Shown here piece by piece: positions 63,226 to 64,000 of a DNA stretch of 64,000 bases; within the stretch, counting starts at the first letter, position 1; each line of letters opens with the position of its first letter. The translations under genes and the position numbers were made by a program. Under the pieces are notes generated by a model. That model searched no databases. It was not told where the DNA came from and worked only from the letters and a program-made list of their open reading frames with translations. Source of the stretch: Chiloscyllium plagiosum (lineage: Eukaryota); contig NC_057719.1 of NCBI RefSeq assembly GCF_004010195.1, forward strand, positions 51,077,967 to 51,141,966. The letters are read 5' to 3'.

Positions 63226-64000
63226 CTGGTTAAGGAAATAAAAAAAACTAAATGTAAACGAATGTGGAATCCAAACAACCCAGCCTGCCTTTCATCTTCC
63301 AGCACCCTAATGATCTGCTCCTAATGAAGGCATTTTTTTAGCATTTACTATGGAGAGGTTTCTGATTGTCCTTACTGTCCTGTTATATTGACTCAGAAGG
63401 GACATTTTACAATTGAAAGCCACACCTGCCCCACACAGTAATACATGGCACATTTGTGAAAAAGAACCAATCAATAATCTAATGTAAAGTCCATTAAAGT
63501 GTCACTTTTCTGAACGTTATTACAACAAACCAAATCCAAAGGGTGAGACTGTGGTCAACTTAGTTAGTTTTGTGTAAAAAAAAGCATATTGAATTCTAGC
63601 TATCTACAGAGATAAAAGCCCAGTGATTGATCTGTCTGCTGTGATCCTGCCTTAATCCATTTTCTTACTTGTCTTTGAAGAAACAGTGAATAAAAAAGTA
63701 TTTATCGTCCCATTTTCAAATTTCAGACATGAAACCCCTGACTCCTATGCAATATAAATATCTTAGAATGTTCCTTACTCATTGATTAAGGATGAAGGGC
63801 TAATAGAGTAATGGGATATAGTGGAAGTGTGAATATTATTGCACCACACATTTTACTGCTGAAGATACAGACTTAAAATTTCTTAATCATTGACTTGTCA
63901 GAACAGAGCAAAGAAATGTTATAGATATTTTGAACAACTAAATAATAGATTTACACTGACCTGATGGGAAAAGGCACTAACTTGTATAGTGGCATAATAT

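Overview
Eukaryotic, repeat-dense and almost entirely non-coding genomic DNA. It is very likely from a shark: it carries HE1-type SINEs, CR1/HER1-type LINE tails (TCTATGAC)n, a Deu-domain SINE and shark-type Penelope fragments. Most ORF-track entries are pieces or antisense shadows of decayed retroelements. Main contents: (1) a full-length but frameshifted L1 on the minus strand (16365-21549) with a 12-bp TSD; (2) many CR1, L2-like and RTE LINE fragments; (3) a Gypsy integrase and candidate 3' LTR split by nested insertions; (4) a ~1.7-kb Penelope RT+GIY-YIG relic plus many short Penelope-derived inserts carrying minimal hammerhead-ribozyme motifs; (5) Harbinger/MITE-like DNA elements; (6) one candidate host exon on the minus strand near 63.1 kb that I cannot name. 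The most unusual structures are Penelope insertions containing inverted copies of their own flanking DNA (5449-5638, 54598-54620), a palindromic double-hammerhead insert (49478-49652) and a 99-bp locally templated insertion (41971-42069). Family names come from motif recognition by eye, not database searches. Boundaries of old repeats are approximate. Three N gaps are present (5897-5925, 18479-18898, 20740-21137).
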